Shown here: positions 35,333 to 45,749 of the stretch, one piece after another
How the letters are laid out: every line of letters starts with the position of its first letter
Numbering within the stretch: the stretch's first letter is position 1
Assembly (NCBI GenBank): GCA_030373045.1
Contig: JAUCPW010000018.1
Span: forward strand, 17,078 to 81,077
From: Candidatus Fermentibacter sp.
Lineage (GTDB): Bacteria > Fermentibacterota > Fermentibacteria > Fermentibacterales > Fermentibacteraceae
Length of the DNA stretch: 64,000 bases
Reading direction: 5' to 3'
Notes under the pieces: model-generated
Told to the model about the DNA's origin: nothing
Seen by the model: the letters and a program-made list of their open reading frames with translations, nothing else
The model's database searches: none
Translations under genes and position numbers: made by a program

Positions 35333-37491
35333 ACCTCCTGGTGATGGCTGCCGTCTCTGCGGTTTCTCCTTCTCAGTGGACCCACTACGCCCATTTCGGC
35401 AGCGTGGCGGACATCGTCTCCTCGGGAGGCTCGGTGGTCTGCGCCTCCACCGGCGGAGTGGCCTTCGGCACGATAGGTGAAGCCGGACTCACCGCCTGGG
35501 ATTCCGTGTGGACCTATCCCGGCGAGCTGTCCCATTCCAACTGCAGATGCCTGGCGGCCGAACCGGACGGATCGATCTGGGTCGGGACCTGGGGCGGAGG
35601 GATAGATCTCTTCAGGCCGGGCTCGGGCTTCACCCACTTCGGCCAGCTCGAGGGGCTTCCCATCTCCCAGCAGATCAACGCGATACTGCCCGATACATCC
35701 GTCTTCGCCGCCACCACCCAGGGGCTCGCGATAATGGAGTACGCGTACTTCCAGACCTGGACCGGGCTCAGCACGGGGGGCGGGCTCACGTCCGACATCG
35801 TGAAGTGCCTGGCTCCCTCCGACTCGGGCCTGTTCGTCGGCACCGAGGCCGGAATCTCCCATCTCGGGGCCGGGCTGTACCCCGGAAGCCCCTCCTCCTG
35901 GACCATGTACCCGGAGATGGACGGGAAGAAGCTCCGTGAGTTCGCATGGTGCTCGGACACCCTCTGGGCCGCCGCTGACGACGGGCTGTACTTCCTGCCC
36001 CCGGGAAGCGGGACATGGGCCGAGGATGCAACCTTCCCGCTCGACGAAGCCCTGTGCCTGGCCTCCGACGGCACCGACCTGGCTGCGGGCTCCGGCTGGC
36101 TCGCGAACGTCAGGGAGGGCGGCGTCTGGACATCCCGTACCGTCAGGGGCGGGCAGGACGTGAAGGCCATCGCATTCGGCCCGGGCGGGCTCGTCTGCGC
36201 CGGGGTCTCCAACGAGCTGGACGCCGACGATTCAGGGGCGGGCATAGGCGTCCGCTGGAACGATTTCTACGTTCTGTCCGCGCCCGCCGGGATCCCTTCC
36301 TGCACGATCCATTCCGTGACGCTCGCGGACGACGGGACCTGCTGGGTGACGACCGAGAACATGGGAGCGGGGGTTCTGATGGACGGCTCGTGGGTCTCCT
36401 ACCTGTCGGTCCTCCCGGGCGAGCACCAGGTATTCACGAGCGAGAGCCAGCCCGGGGGATCGGTGTTCATCTCCCCCTACGCCTACGGCGTGGCATGGCT
36501 CGACAATTCCGGCACCCCGGAGACCTCCGACGACACGGTCATCGACCTGAACATCGGGAACAGCGGCCTGCTGAGCGACAGGATCCGCGCGATCGACAGG
36601 GCCCCGACCGGAGAGACCTGGTTCGGACAGACCCAGGTCGCCCCGGGAGAGGCGGCCGGGGTCACCCGCCTCGACTGGACCCCCGGCGAGACGTCGGGTG
36701 CCTCCTGGGTCTCCTGGACGGCTTCCGACGGGCTGCCTGCCGGCGCCGTCCAGGCCGTCTTCGGCCTGCCGGGAGGGAGCGCCTGGGTCGGAACAGCCAC
36801 CGGGCTGGCCCTCGCAGGCCCGGCCGTCGGCCAGGTCTCCGCCGTCATGGATGCCTCGGACGGGTTGCCGGACGACGAGGTCACCGCCCTCGCCCTGGCC
36901 AGGACGGGTCGGCTGTTCGTGGGCACGGCATTCGGCCTGGGCGTGGTCGAACCGGGCGCCCTCACGGCCGGAGAGGTCGAAGGGGTGGACGGGGCGGTCA
37001 CCGCCCTCGTGGAGGACAACACGGGATCCGTCTGGGCGGCTACCGACGAGGCTCTGTACAGGATACTGCCCGGAGGCGGGCTGGAGGAGTACAACACCCT
37101 CAACTGCCCCCTGCTGTCGACCGTGATGCACGACCTGGCCTGCGACAGGGACTCCGGCCTCCTCTACATCGGCACCGATCACGGCATGTGGCGGGTCGAT
37201 CTCGGCGAGGGGCTCGGCGGCGACGGGGGCGGGGCTGTCATCTACCCCAACCCGTTCATGCCGGGCGAGGGCGAAGTCCTGGGCGTGGCGGGGCTTCCGG
37301 ACGTCCCCACGACCATCCGGGTGTTTGACCTGACCGGCGCTCTTGTTTATGAGTTCGCGTCCCCCGACAGGGACGGCATCGCCTGGGACGGCACGGATTC
37401 GGGCGGCGAGCCCGCATCGTCGGGCGTCTATCTCGTCCAGGTCGTCCAGGACGGCTACGATGCCCTGACCGGGCTGGCCCTGGTCCGATAG
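35329..37491 (+). CDS. secreted beta-propeller repeat protein with FlgD-Ig / T9SS-type CTD (paralogue of 25576..27813)
   Basis: ATG 35329 overlapping upstream stop (ATGA); propeller-like repeats; C-terminal VIYPNPFMPGEGEVLGVAGLPDVPTTIRVFDLTGALVYEF…IAWDGTDSGGEPASSGVYLVQV… CTD. Confidence 0.6.
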   Translation: MNLLVMAAVSAVSPSQWTHYAHFGSVADIVSSGGSVVCASTGGVAFGTIGEAGLTAWDSVWTYPGELSHSNCRCLAAEPDGSIWVGTWGGGIDLFRPGSGFTHFGQLEGLPISQQINAILPDTSVFAATTQGLAIMEYAYFQTWTGLSTGGGLTSDIVKCLAPSDSGLFVGTEAGISHLGAGLYPGSPSSWTMYPEMDGKKLREFAWCSDTLWAAADDGLYFLPPGSGTWAEDATFPLDEALCLASDGTDLAAGSGWLANVREGGVWTSRTVRGGQDVKAIAFGPGGLVCAGVSNELDADDSGAGIGVRWNDFYVLSAPAGIPSCTIHSVTLADDGTCWVTTENMGAGVLMDGSWVSYLSVLPGEHQVFTSESQPGGSVFISPYAYGVAWLDNSGTPETSDDTVIDLNIGNSGLLSDRIRAIDRAPTGETWFGQTQVAPGEAAGVTRLDWTPGETSGASWVSWTASDGLPAGAVQAVFGLPGGSAWVGTATGLALAGPAVGQVSAVMDASDGLPDDEVTALALARTGRLFVGTAFGLGVVEPGALTAGEVEGVDGAVTALVEDNTGSVWAATDEALYRILPGGGLEEYNTLNCPLLSTVMHDLACDRDSGLLYIGTDHGMWRVDLGEGLGGDGGGAVIYPNPFMPGEGEVLGVAGLPDVPTTIRVFDLTGALVYEFASPDRDGIAWDGTDSGGEPASSGVYLVQVVQDGYDALTGLALVR

Positions 37492-37499
37492 GAGGCGCG

Positions 37500-38249
37500 A
37501 TGAAGGGAGTCATCCTCGCCGGAGGCCTGGGTACGAGGCTCAGACCCCTCACCAACATCACGAACAAGCATCTGCTCCCCCTGTACGACAAGCCCATGAT
37601 CTTCTACCCGATCAACACTCTCGTCGGTGCCGGGATCACCGAAGTGATGATCGTGACGGGCGGCAACAGCGCGGGAGACTTCCTCAGGCTGCTGGGCGAC
37701 GGCTCCCAGTTCGGTCTCCGCATCCTCAACTACGCCTACCAGGTCCGCGAGGGGGGGATAGCCGAGGCCATCGGGCTGACCAGCGCCTTCGTCGGCGGCG
37801 ACAGGTTCGTGGTCATCCTCGGGGACAACATCCTCGAAGGCTCCATAAGGCCTTATGTCGAGGCCTTCGAGCGTCAGGCCGGAGGGGCGCGCATCCTGCT
37901 GAAGGAGGTGCCCAATCCCAGGGACTACGGAGTCGCCGAACTCGACGGGAGCAGGGTGGTCTCGATCCAGGAGAAGCCGGCCGAACCGCGGAGCAGCCAC
38001 GCCGTGATAGGCGTCTACATGTACGACGGCTTCGCGTTCGACTTCATCGGGAGGCTCAAGCCCTCGGCCCGGGGCGAGCTGGAGGTCACCGACCTCAACA
38101 ATGCCTATCTCGAAAGAGGGCTGCTCCAGGCCGATGTCCTCGAGGGCTGGTGGAGCGATGCCGGGTCGAGCATCGACGGCTACCTCGAGGCCAACGTCAG
38201 GGTGGCCGAACTCTCGCGCAGATCGGCGTGCGGAGGGACGGCGGGATGA
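37500..38249 (+). CDS. sugar-1-phosphate nucleotidyltransferase (RmlA-like, short form)
   Basis: MKGVILAGGLGTRLRPLTNITNKHLLPL…. Confidence 0.7.
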   Translation: MKGVILAGGLGTRLRPLTNITNKHLLPLYDKPMIFYPINTLVGAGITEVMIVTGGNSAGDFLRLLGDGSQFGLRILNYAYQVREGGIAEAIGLTSAFVGGDRFVVILGDNILEGSIRPYVEAFERQAGGARILLKEVPNPRDYGVAELDGSRVVSIQEKPAEPRSSHAVIGVYMYDGFAFDFIGRLKPSARGELEVTDLNNAYLERGLLQADVLEGWWSDAGSSIDGYLEANVRVAELSRRSACGGTAG

Positions 38250-39280
38250 GGATCCTGGTGACGGGAGGCGCCGGCTTCATAGGCAGCAACTTCGTGAGGC
38301 ACCTGGCCTCCGAGCGCCGGGGATGGTCCATCCGCGTCCTGGACAAGCTGACCTATGCGGGCAGGCGCGAGAACCTCGCCGGCCTGGAATCCCCCGGGCC
38401 CGTCGAATTCATGCAGGGTGACATCTGCGATCCCGGCGATGCCCGGAAGGCTGTCGAGGGGTGCTCGGCCGTCGTGAACTTCGCCGCGGAGACCCACGTC
38501 GACCGATCCATCGACGACCCGTCGGCATTCGTGAGAACGGACGTGGAGGGGGTCAGGACCCTGCTCGAAGCCTTCAGGAGTTCCGGAGGCGACCTCTTCC
38601 TGCAGATCTCCACCGACGAGGTGTACGGCAGCGTCGAGGAGGGGAGGTCCTCGGAGGACGACCCGCTCGCGCCCAGGAGCCCCTACGCCGCGTCCAAGGC
38701 TGGCGGGGAGCTTCTCGCGATGAGCTTCTTCCATACCTGGGGGGTCCCGGTCGTGGTGACCCGGGCCTCCAACAACTACGGACCCCGCCAGTATCCCGAG
38801 AAGCTGATCCCCCTGTTCGTGACCAACTGCCTCGAGGGGCTGGAACTGCCTGTCTACGGAGACGGTCTGAACCGGAGGGACTGGCTGCATGTGGAGGATC
38901 ACTGCAGGGCCCTCCTGGCCGTTCTCGAGAGGGGGACCCCCGGCAGGGTCTACAACATCGGGGCCGGCGAGGAGCACACGAACCTCGAAGTCACCCGGGC
39001 CGTGCTCCGGCTGACCGGTACGGATCCCTCCAGGGTGAGGATGATAGAGGACAGGCCCGGGCACGACAGGAGATACGCGCTGGACATCTCCCGGATCGCA
39101 GGCGAACTGGGCTGGTCCCCCGCCGTCGGATTCGAGGAGGGATTGTCGGCCACGGTCGACTGGTACCGCGGGAACCGGGCCTGGTGGGAGGAGATCAAGA
39201 GCGGACGGTTCCGCGAGTACTACCTGTCGATGTACGGGCGGAGGCTCGCTTCGAGCCGCGGCATGGGAGGCGGGTCTTGA
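38246..39280 (+). CDS. rmlB: dTDP-glucose 4,6-dehydratase
   Basis: ATGA-coupled; [20 protein letters not shown]…VLDKLTYAG…[10 protein letters not shown]…. Confidence 0.75.
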   Translation: MRILVTGGAGFIGSNFVRHLASERRGWSIRVLDKLTYAGRRENLAGLESPGPVEFMQGDICDPGDARKAVEGCSAVVNFAAETHVDRSIDDPSAFVRTDVEGVRTLLEAFRSSGGDLFLQISTDEVYGSVEEGRSSEDDPLAPRSPYAASKAGGELLAMSFFHTWGVPVVVTRASNNYGPRQYPEKLIPLFVTNCLEGLELPVYGDGLNRRDWLHVEDHCRALLAVLERGTPGRVYNIGAGEEHTNLEVTRAVLRLTGTDPSRVRMIEDRPGHDRRYALDISRIAGELGWSPAVGFEEGLSATVDWYRGNRAWWEEIKSGRFREYYLSMYGRRLASSRGMGGGS

Positions 39281-40212
39281 GGGTTCTCGTGACCGGGGGG
39301 GCCGGCTTCATCGGAAGCCATCTCTGCGACAGGCTGGTGGCCGACGGGCACGACGTCGTGGCTCTGGACAACCTGATCACGGGCAGCACGGACAACATAG
39401 CCCACCTGGCCGGGAACCCGCGCTTCAGGTTCATCCACCACGACGTCACCGAATACATCTTCGTGAGCGGTCCGCTCGACTTCGTCTTCCACCTCGCCTC
39501 TCCGGCGAGCCCCGTGGACTACCTGACTTATCCCATTCAGACCCTCAAGGTAGGCGCCCTGGGCACCCACAAGGCGCTCGGGCTCGCACTCGAGAAGGGG
39601 GCCGGATTCCTGCTCGCCTCCACGAGCGAGGTCTACGGCGATCCGCTCGTGCATCCGCAGTCCGAGGACTACTGGGGCAACGTCAACCCGGTGGGGCCGA
39701 GGGGTGTGTACGACGAGGCCAAGAGGTTCGCCGAAGCTCTGGCCTTCGCGTACATGCGCTACCACGGGCTCGGGGTCAGGATCGCGCGCATCTTCAACAC
39801 CTACGGCCCCAGGATGAGGGCCGACGACGGCCGGGTGGTCCCGGCCTTCATCTGCCAGGCCCTGCGCGGCGAGGATCTGACGGTCTTCGGCGACGGGAGC
39901 CAGACCAGGAGCTTCTGTTACGTTTCCGACACGGTCGACGGCCTGATCAGGCTGGCCCGCGGAGGCGACCCCGGGCCGGTCAACATAGGCAACCCCGACG
40001 AGATGACCGTTCTTCGCTTCGCCGAGACCATAAGGGACATGATAAGCGGGTCGGGGAGGATCGTGTTCGAGCCCCTCCCGGTCGACGACCCCAGGATCAG
40101 GAGACCAGACATATCGCGGGCGGAATCATCCCTCGGGTGGACGCCGCGGGTAGGATTCGACGAGGGCGTCTCCGGTACCATTTCGTACTTCAGGGAGAAG
40201 CTATGCCTCTGA
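39277..40212 (+). CDS. uxs: UDP-glucuronate decarboxylase (UDP-xylose synthase)
   Basis: TTG 39277 with GGAGG 6 nt upstream, overlapping rmlB stop (TTGA); (M)[19 protein letters not shown]…LDNLITGS…IFNTYGPRM…. Confidence 0.7.
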   Translation: MRVLVTGGAGFIGSHLCDRLVADGHDVVALDNLITGSTDNIAHLAGNPRFRFIHHDVTEYIFVSGPLDFVFHLASPASPVDYLTYPIQTLKVGALGTHKALGLALEKGAGFLLASTSEVYGDPLVHPQSEDYWGNVNPVGPRGVYDEAKRFAEALAFAYMRYHGLGVRIARIFNTYGPRMRADDGRVVPAFICQALRGEDLTVFGDGSQTRSFCYVSDTVDGLIRLARGGDPGPVNIGNPDEMTVLRFAETIRDMISGSGRIVFEPLPVDDPRIRRPDISRAESSLGWTPRVGFDEGVSGTISYFREKLCL

Positions 40213-41372
40213 ACACGGCCCTCCTCCTCGCCGCCACGGCGACCCTGTCGCTCCCGGCCCAGACGTCGTCGACGGCTGCGGTCCCGTCCCATGCCTTCGA
40301 GCCTGCCGACCGGGATGCGTACATCCTCGGCCCCGGAGACGTGCTCGACGTCATCGTGGAGGGAGGCGCCACCCCGGCCGTCCTGGCCTCGGGCCTGTTC
40401 CCGCAGTCGGTCTGCACGGTTTCCTCCGACGGCGTGCTCGCCGTATCGGGCATCGGGCAGGTCTCCGTCGAGGGCCTGACCATCGCGGAGGCCGAGATCG
40501 AGCTCGCGAGGCTCACCCGCAGCTACTACCCGGGCATGCGGATCGGCATCTCCCTCTCGACGCCCCGCCTCGTGAGGGTGAGGGCGTCAGGTGCGGTCTC
40601 GACACCCGGCATCTATGCCATGTACGCTCTCCAGAGCGTCTCCGACCTCCTCGTCGAGGCCGGCGCCACCGCGGCCTGCTCCAGGACCGGGTGGGTGTTC
40701 TCCGACGGCGACTCGCTCCATTTCGACCTCAGAACCGATCCCGTGACCCACATGCCCGTGTCGGATCCCCTCCTCGCGGGGGGCACGACGGTGATGTTCT
40801 CCACGTGCGAGCATCCCGCCTATGTCGTCAGACCCGCGCAGGAGGCGGTCGAGGGTGTTCCGGCGGTGTCGATGATCCAGGCATGGGAGGTGGAGCGCCC
40901 CCTCGAACTCGCGCTGTTCCTCGAGATGACGGGCGGAGCGGGGGCGGACTTCGACCCCGGGCGTTCGGGGCTGCTGCACGGCGGAACCCTGGCGCCGATC
41001 TGGGGCGTCGACGGGCTGGCGGACCTCTTCGTGGAAGCGGGCGACACCCTGTTCCTCGCCGGAGCGGAGACGAAGGTGACTGTCGCCGGGGCGGTGGCGG
41101 CCCCGGGATTGCATGACTGGATCGCAGGCCTCGCCGCGAGCGACTATGTCGGCCTTTCCGGGGGTGCCCTCCCGGATGCGGCCCTTGGCGGAATGAGGAT
41201 AGTGAGGGACGGAGAGATCATCGCCTCGGGAAGGGATGCCTCCGGTATCGAGCCGTCCCCTGGCGACATGGTCGAAGTCCCGTTCAAATGGGCGACCAGG
41301 AGCATGAGCATGTTCGTGATACTGGGTTCGGTGGTAAGCGCCGCCGCCATAATCATCAACCTCAGCCAATGA
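40203..41372 (+). CDS. wza: Wza-like polysaccharide export protein
   Basis: signal peptide; [13 protein letters not shown] (poly_export motif); SLBB-like repeats; C-terminal TM. Confidence 0.65.
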   Translation: MPLNTALLLAATATLSLPAQTSSTAAVPSHAFEPADRDAYILGPGDVLDVIVEGGATPAVLASGLFPQSVCTVSSDGVLAVSGIGQVSVEGLTIAEAEIELARLTRSYYPGMRIGISLSTPRLVRVRASGAVSTPGIYAMYALQSVSDLLVEAGATAACSRTGWVFSDGDSLHFDLRTDPVTHMPVSDPLLAGGTTVMFSTCEHPAYVVRPAQEAVEGVPAVSMIQAWEVERPLELALFLEMTGGAGADFDPGRSGLLHGGTLAPIWGVDGLADLFVEAGDTLFLAGAETKVTVAGAVAAPGLHDWIAGLAASDYVGLSGGALPDAALGGMRIVRDGEIIASGRDASGIEPSPGDMVEVPFKWATRSMSMFVILGSVVSAAAIIINLSQ

Positions 41373-42598
41373 GCACCGAAGACACCAGCCTCGGCGGACT
41401 GGCCGGCGAAGCCCTCCTGCTGATCGCGAGGAGCGTCAGGAAGCTGGCCGTCTTCTGCTTCACGGTGGCCGTCTGCACCGCCGTCTACACCCTGGTGGTC
41501 AAGCCGAGGTTCGAGGCCACGGCCATCGCCTCCGTCCCCGGAGCCTCCTCCTCGGGCGGGCTGTCCGCCCTGACCGGGCTCATTCCCGGCGCTCTGGGAG
41601 GCTCCCTCGGCGACCTCGCCTCGAGCCTCCCGATGGAGATCGGGACTCCGTCGGGCACGGACATCACGGTTGTCGAGGCGGTCCTCTCCTCCCGCCAGGT
41701 GATGGAACGGATCGTGATAAGTTATGACCTGATGCGGAGATGGCACTGCAGGTCGATGGACGACACGCTGAAGAAGCTCTCGAAGAGAGTCAGCGCGACC
41801 CTCACCACCGACGGGCTCTTCGTGGTGACGGCCTCCGGAGAGACCCGCGAGGAGGCTGCCTCCATGGCCTCGGACATCATCACCTTCGCCGACGAGGAAC
41901 TGGCCGTGATGGTGACGAGCCGCGCCCGCAGGGCCAGGATGGAGGCCGAGCACCTGCTGGCGGCCGCGCGCGATTCTCTCGAAGCAGCCCAGGAGAGGCT
42001 CGAGGCGTTCAGGGCCGCGACCGGCCTGATACTCCCGGAGGAACAGGGCGCCGCAATGGTCCAGGCCCTGGGCCAGGTCGAGGCGGAACTCCTTCTGGCG
42101 AGATCTGAGCTGTCCGGGGCTGCCGCCACCCTGTCGCCGGGGAGCCCGGCGGCCAGGGAGCTCGCCGCGCGCGTCGGCTCCCTCGAGAGCGACCTCGCTC
42201 TCAGGCTGGGGGCGGGCGACAGCCTGAGCGTGTTCCCCGCCATGGACAGCCTCCCGGCCGGGATGCGCCAGTACGGGAACCTCTACCTTGACGTGGAGAT
42301 GAAGACCACTCTGGTGCTGATGCTGACTCAGCAGCTCGAGACCCTGAGGATCGAGGAAGCCCGCGAGAGCCCCACCCTCGAGATCGTGCAGCCGCCGGTG
42401 GCGCCCAAGCAGAGGGTCTTCCCGAAACGCACCCTCATGGTCCTCGAGTTCACGGCCATCGCCTTCATCCTCGGCTGCCTCTGGCTGACGGTCGTGGCAT
42501 ACCTTCGCAGGCTCTCGAGAGACCCTGCCAAGGCCGAGTTCTGGAGGCAGTTCTCCGGGGCGATACTCGAGCAGATCCCCGCCCGCCGGAGCCGCTGA
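41369..42598 (+). CDS. wzz: polysaccharide co-polymerase / chain-length determinant (Wzz/PCP family, no kinase domain)
   Basis: ATGA-coupled; N-terminal TM, long coiled-coil periplasmic region, C-terminal TM (LMVLEFTAIAFILGCLWLTVVAYL). Confidence 0.55.
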   Translation: MSTEDTSLGGLAGEALLLIARSVRKLAVFCFTVAVCTAVYTLVVKPRFEATAIASVPGASSSGGLSALTGLIPGALGGSLGDLASSLPMEIGTPSGTDITVVEAVLSSRQVMERIVISYDLMRRWHCRSMDDTLKKLSKRVSATLTTDGLFVVTASGETREEAASMASDIITFADEELAVMVTSRARRARMEAEHLLAAARDSLEAAQERLEAFRAATGLILPEEQGAAMVQALGQVEAELLLARSELSGAAATLSPGSPAARELAARVGSLESDLALRLGAGDSLSVFPAMDSLPAGMRQYGNLYLDVEMKTTLVLMLTQQLETLRIEEARESPTLEIVQPPVAPKQRVFPKRTLMVLEFTAIAFILGCLWLTVVAYLRRLSRDPAKAEFWRQFSGAILEQIPARRSR

Positions 42599-42606
42599 GA
42601 CCCGAG

Positions 42607-43908
42607 GTGATCCAGGAGATCAGGGCGTCCTGGGGGAGGCTCGTGTCCATCGGCCTCCCGGTCGTGTTGAGCCAGGGGACGAACGCCGTCTGGGGCGTGG
42701 TGACGCTCCTCGTCGCGAGGGTCCTCCCCGAGCCGCAGTATGCCGCGTTCTCCCTGGCCAAGACCGTCGAGATCCTGGCCGTCACGATCGGCGGCGGCTT
42801 CGTCATGCAGGCCCTCCTGAAGTATGCCTCCGAAGGCTCCGGCAGGCGTGCCGAGACCGTGAACTCGGCGGCGGCCCTCGCGCTCGCCCTGACGGTGGCG
42901 GGAGCAGGTCTGCTCCTCGCGTGCGGAGGCCTGATACAGTCCTTCTACAGCGAGATCCCGCTCGCCGGCCTGCCCGTGGTCCTCTCGCTCATGGTCCTCT
43001 CGGAGGGCGTCTGCGCCATCCCCCGGAACAACCTCCTCGCCGTGCAGAAGACCCGGCAGGTGATGTGGGGGGACATCACCGGTTTCGCCGTGAGGATCTC
43101 GATAGTCCTCTTCCTGGCGTTCTCTGGCAGGCTCTCCTCCCCGCATCCCATCTTCCTGGCCCAGACCCTCTCGAATGCGGCATGCCTGCTGGTCCTCGTC
43201 CGGGGCGGGGGCAGGTTCTTCGAGAGGGGAGCCCGGGTCGCGCGGGAGAGCCTGACCAGGGTGTGGAGGTTCTCGGTCTACACCCTGGGGACGTCGCTCG
43301 CCGCCTACATCTACTCCTGGACCGACATACTGATGCTCGGGCGGATGGCTCCCGGTGACGTCGCGACATACGGTGTCGCCCGGAGCCTCACCAGTTTCGT
43401 GGCGAGCCTCAACCAGGCCGCGAACATCGTGCTGCTTCCGCTCGCCTCGAGGATGCACACGACCGGACGGACCCCCGGGGTGGCCGCGAGGACCTGGCAG
43501 GGGATCATCCTGGTGGAGGCCGTCCAGCTCCCCTTCATAGCCATTTTCGCGATCTTCCCGAGGCAGATCCTCGATCTCCTGTTCGAGGGCAGGTACAGCG
43601 AAGGCTGGGCGGTCGTGACGGTGCTCGCCCTGCTGAATCTGGTCAAGCCTGTCGGGAGCCTCTTCTCCTCCACCGCATGCGGGCTGGGCAGGCCGGAGTA
43701 CTCCCTACGCTCGGTGCTGCTCACCGCGCTTCTCAACGTCGGCCTCAACGCGCTGCTGATACCCAGGTTCGGAGGGCTGGGGGCCGCCTATGCGACCGTG
43801 GTCTCGATGCTGGCGGGCGGGCTGGCGATCTACCTCGCGGTCACCTCGTATCTGAAGAGGCACACGGACGGATCCGGAGAGGCTGCGGCGGGTTCCGGCG
43901 CGGACTGA
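42607..43908 (+). CDS. second Wzx/MOP-family polysaccharide flippase-like membrane protein
   Basis: GTG start; 433 aa, ~12 TM. Confidence 0.5.
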   Translation: MIQEIRASWGRLVSIGLPVVLSQGTNAVWGVVTLLVARVLPEPQYAAFSLAKTVEILAVTIGGGFVMQALLKYASEGSGRRAETVNSAAALALALTVAGAGLLLACGGLIQSFYSEIPLAGLPVVLSLMVLSEGVCAIPRNNLLAVQKTRQVMWGDITGFAVRISIVLFLAFSGRLSSPHPIFLAQTLSNAACLLVLVRGGGRFFERGARVARESLTRVWRFSVYTLGTSLAAYIYSWTDILMLGRMAPGDVATYGVARSLTSFVASLNQAANIVLLPLASRMHTTGRTPGVAARTWQGIILVEAVQLPFIAIFAIFPRQILDLLFEGRYSEGWAVVTVLALLNLVKPVGSLFSSTACGLGRPEYSLRSVLLTALLNVGLNALLIPRFGGLGAAYATVVSMLAGGLAIYLAVTSYLKRHTDGSGEAAAGSGAD

Positions 43909-43941
43909 GCGGGATGCGCCCGCCTTCCATCCCCGTCGGGG

Positions 43942-44937
43942 TCAGGATCCCGGTTTCTCTCCTGCGGGCGCGGACGGCCGGGTGCAGAACCAGTGCAGGA
44001 AGATCCCGTCGGGTATCCTCCCGGCTGCCCTGACGAGAACCGCGAGCACCGCCCAGGCGAAGACGGTCCTGGCCGCGAAGACCCCCCAGGCGCTTGCCCC
44101 CAGCGAGAGCATCAGCAGGCTGTCCTCCACGAGGCTGTGCGCGAGGCCCATCAGGCACAGCGAGAAGAAGACGTCCCTCGGGGGGATGGAACCCGATCTC
44201 GCCCCGGAGATGATCAGCCCGCCGCCGTAGGAGAGCCCGAGTATCATCCCGAAGATCGTGATGGTGGAAGCTGAGGGGCCTATCCCCATCGATACGAGGA
44301 CGGGGCGCAGACCCCTGTCCAGCAGGTCCGTGAAGCCGGTTCTCCTGAGGATCTTCAGGAGGGCTATGAGCGCAGTGACTATCAGGAAGATCGACAGCAG
44401 GTTCTTCACCTGCCCCAGGGCCCATGCCCCCAGCCCCGCTCCGGCTGCCGCCGCAGGCTGCCAGAGGATCCGCGCCTCTCCGCCGAGCATGCCCAGGGCG
44501 TCGAAGATCGAGGACAGGGCGGCTCCGATGACGATAGCGCCACCCACCCTGAGGGGCAGCATGATCCTCATCCTCGCCCCGGCCTGCCTTGCGACGCCGA
44601 GCTCCACGGGCAGGGAGTGGGCGACCAGCATCATAGTGCAGACCACGGTGACCTGGGCGACCGTCATGTGGAGGGGAGGGGCCACCGACACGAAGGTCAC
44701 TATCCCGCCGTACAGGTTGGTGATCATGGCCGTGGCCCAGACGAGCCCCATGCTGCCGGGAAGGCCCACGACCGCCATCAGGGGCGAGAGCAGCCTTCCC
44801 GCCAGGTCCACGGCGCCGGTTTCCTCGAGGATCTTCACCGCGATCACGACGGGGATCATGATGCGGAAGAGCACCAGGCTGACCGCCAGGGACTCCTTCA
44901 GGAGGGCCAGGATCCGCGACGGGATTCGGCCGGGCAC
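43942..44937 (-). CDS. membrane protein with nucleoside-recognition (Gate) domains (YjiH/SpmA-B-like)
   Basis: GTG start overlapping upstream stop by 1 nt; two Gate-like hydrophobic halves. Confidence 0.45.
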   Translation of the reverse strand: MPGRIPSRILALLKESLAVSLVLFRIMIPVVIAVKILEETGAVDLAGRLLSPLMAVVGLPGSMGLVWATAMITNLYGGIVTFVSVAPPLHMTVAQVTVVCTMMLVAHSLPVELGVARQAGARMRIMLPLRVGGAIVIGAALSSIFDALGMLGGEARILWQPAAAAGAGLGAWALGQVKNLLSIFLIVTALIALLKILRRTGFTDLLDRGLRPVLVSMGIGPSASTITIFGMILGLSYGGGLIISGARSGSIPPRDVFFSLCLMGLAHSLVEDSLLMLSLGASAWGVFAARTVFAWAVLAVLVRAAGRIPDGIFLHWFCTRPSAPAGEKPGS

Positions 44938-45665
44938 TAGAGGAGGAGCCTGAAGCCCAGGACCGCGAAGCTCACCATGGTGAAGTTGCGTGACTGATCG
45001 ACGTCCGCTCCTCCCTCGAGGAACCTCCAGCCCATCGAGAGCCTGGCGTCCCTGTCGAAGGCCCAGCCCAGGCCCGCGAAGACGTCCTCGGCCCTGCCCA
45101 CCGGCCCGGCGAGCGCGTCACCGTCGAGCAGCACGTGGAGTGGACCGGAGGCCCTCCAGTCGAGGCCGAAGCTCACCAGGGGGACGAAGCCGGTGTTCTC
45201 GGTGGAAGCCGAGAGGCCGCCTCCCTCGAGGCTTATCGAGGCGTCCCTGATCTTGGCCGATGCGCCGAGGCTGATGCGCATGCCATCCCTGTCGACCACC
45301 GCGTATCTGTAGGTGAGCCTGTAGGAGTCGAACCTGTAGTCGGCCGTGATTTCGGTACCCTCCGGGAACGTGGTGTCGTCGAACAGGATGTCCTCTTCGA
45401 CGACGCCGTTCGATTCGATGCGGAGGGGGGCCGCGAAGAGGCTGATCTCGCTGCGCCCGGACGAAATTCCGCACCTCAGCCTGAAGAAGAGGGCGGGATC
45501 GGCATCCAGGTCGTCGGTGAGGGAGATGTCGTCACCGGTCTCCCCGGGGACCCTCACATCGTTGTAGACCGACCAGCCCATGCCGGTCTCGGAGTCCACG
45601 AACCATCCCGCGAAAGCCGCCGGCGCCGGCAGGAACGCGATCATCACGACGGGGGGCAGTTTCAT
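44937..45665 (-). CDS. small secreted / outer-membrane beta-barrel protein
   Basis: ATG 45665 (MKLPPVVMIAFLPAPAAFAGW… signal peptide); 242 aa; only the 3' 243 codons of the artefactual 1027-aa track ORF 44937..48020 look protein-like. Confidence 0.45.
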   Translation of the reverse strand: MKLPPVVMIAFLPAPAAFAGWFVDSETGMGWSVYNDVRVPGETGDDISLTDDLDADPALFFRLRCGISSGRSEISLFAAPLRIESNGVVEEDILFDDTTFPEGTEITADYRFDSYRLTYRYAVVDRDGMRISLGASAKIRDASISLEGGGLSASTENTGFVPLVSFGLDWRASGPLHVLLDGDALAGPVGRAEDVFAGLGWAFDRDARLSMGWRFLEGGADVDQSRNFTMVSFAVLGFRLLL

Positions 45666-45749
45666 CACGATCCTTCCGTTGGTCCCACCGCGTGAAGATA
45701 ACCCCCCGGGGCCTCTCCATGCTATCCTAGACGCAGGCGGGAGGGCTTC

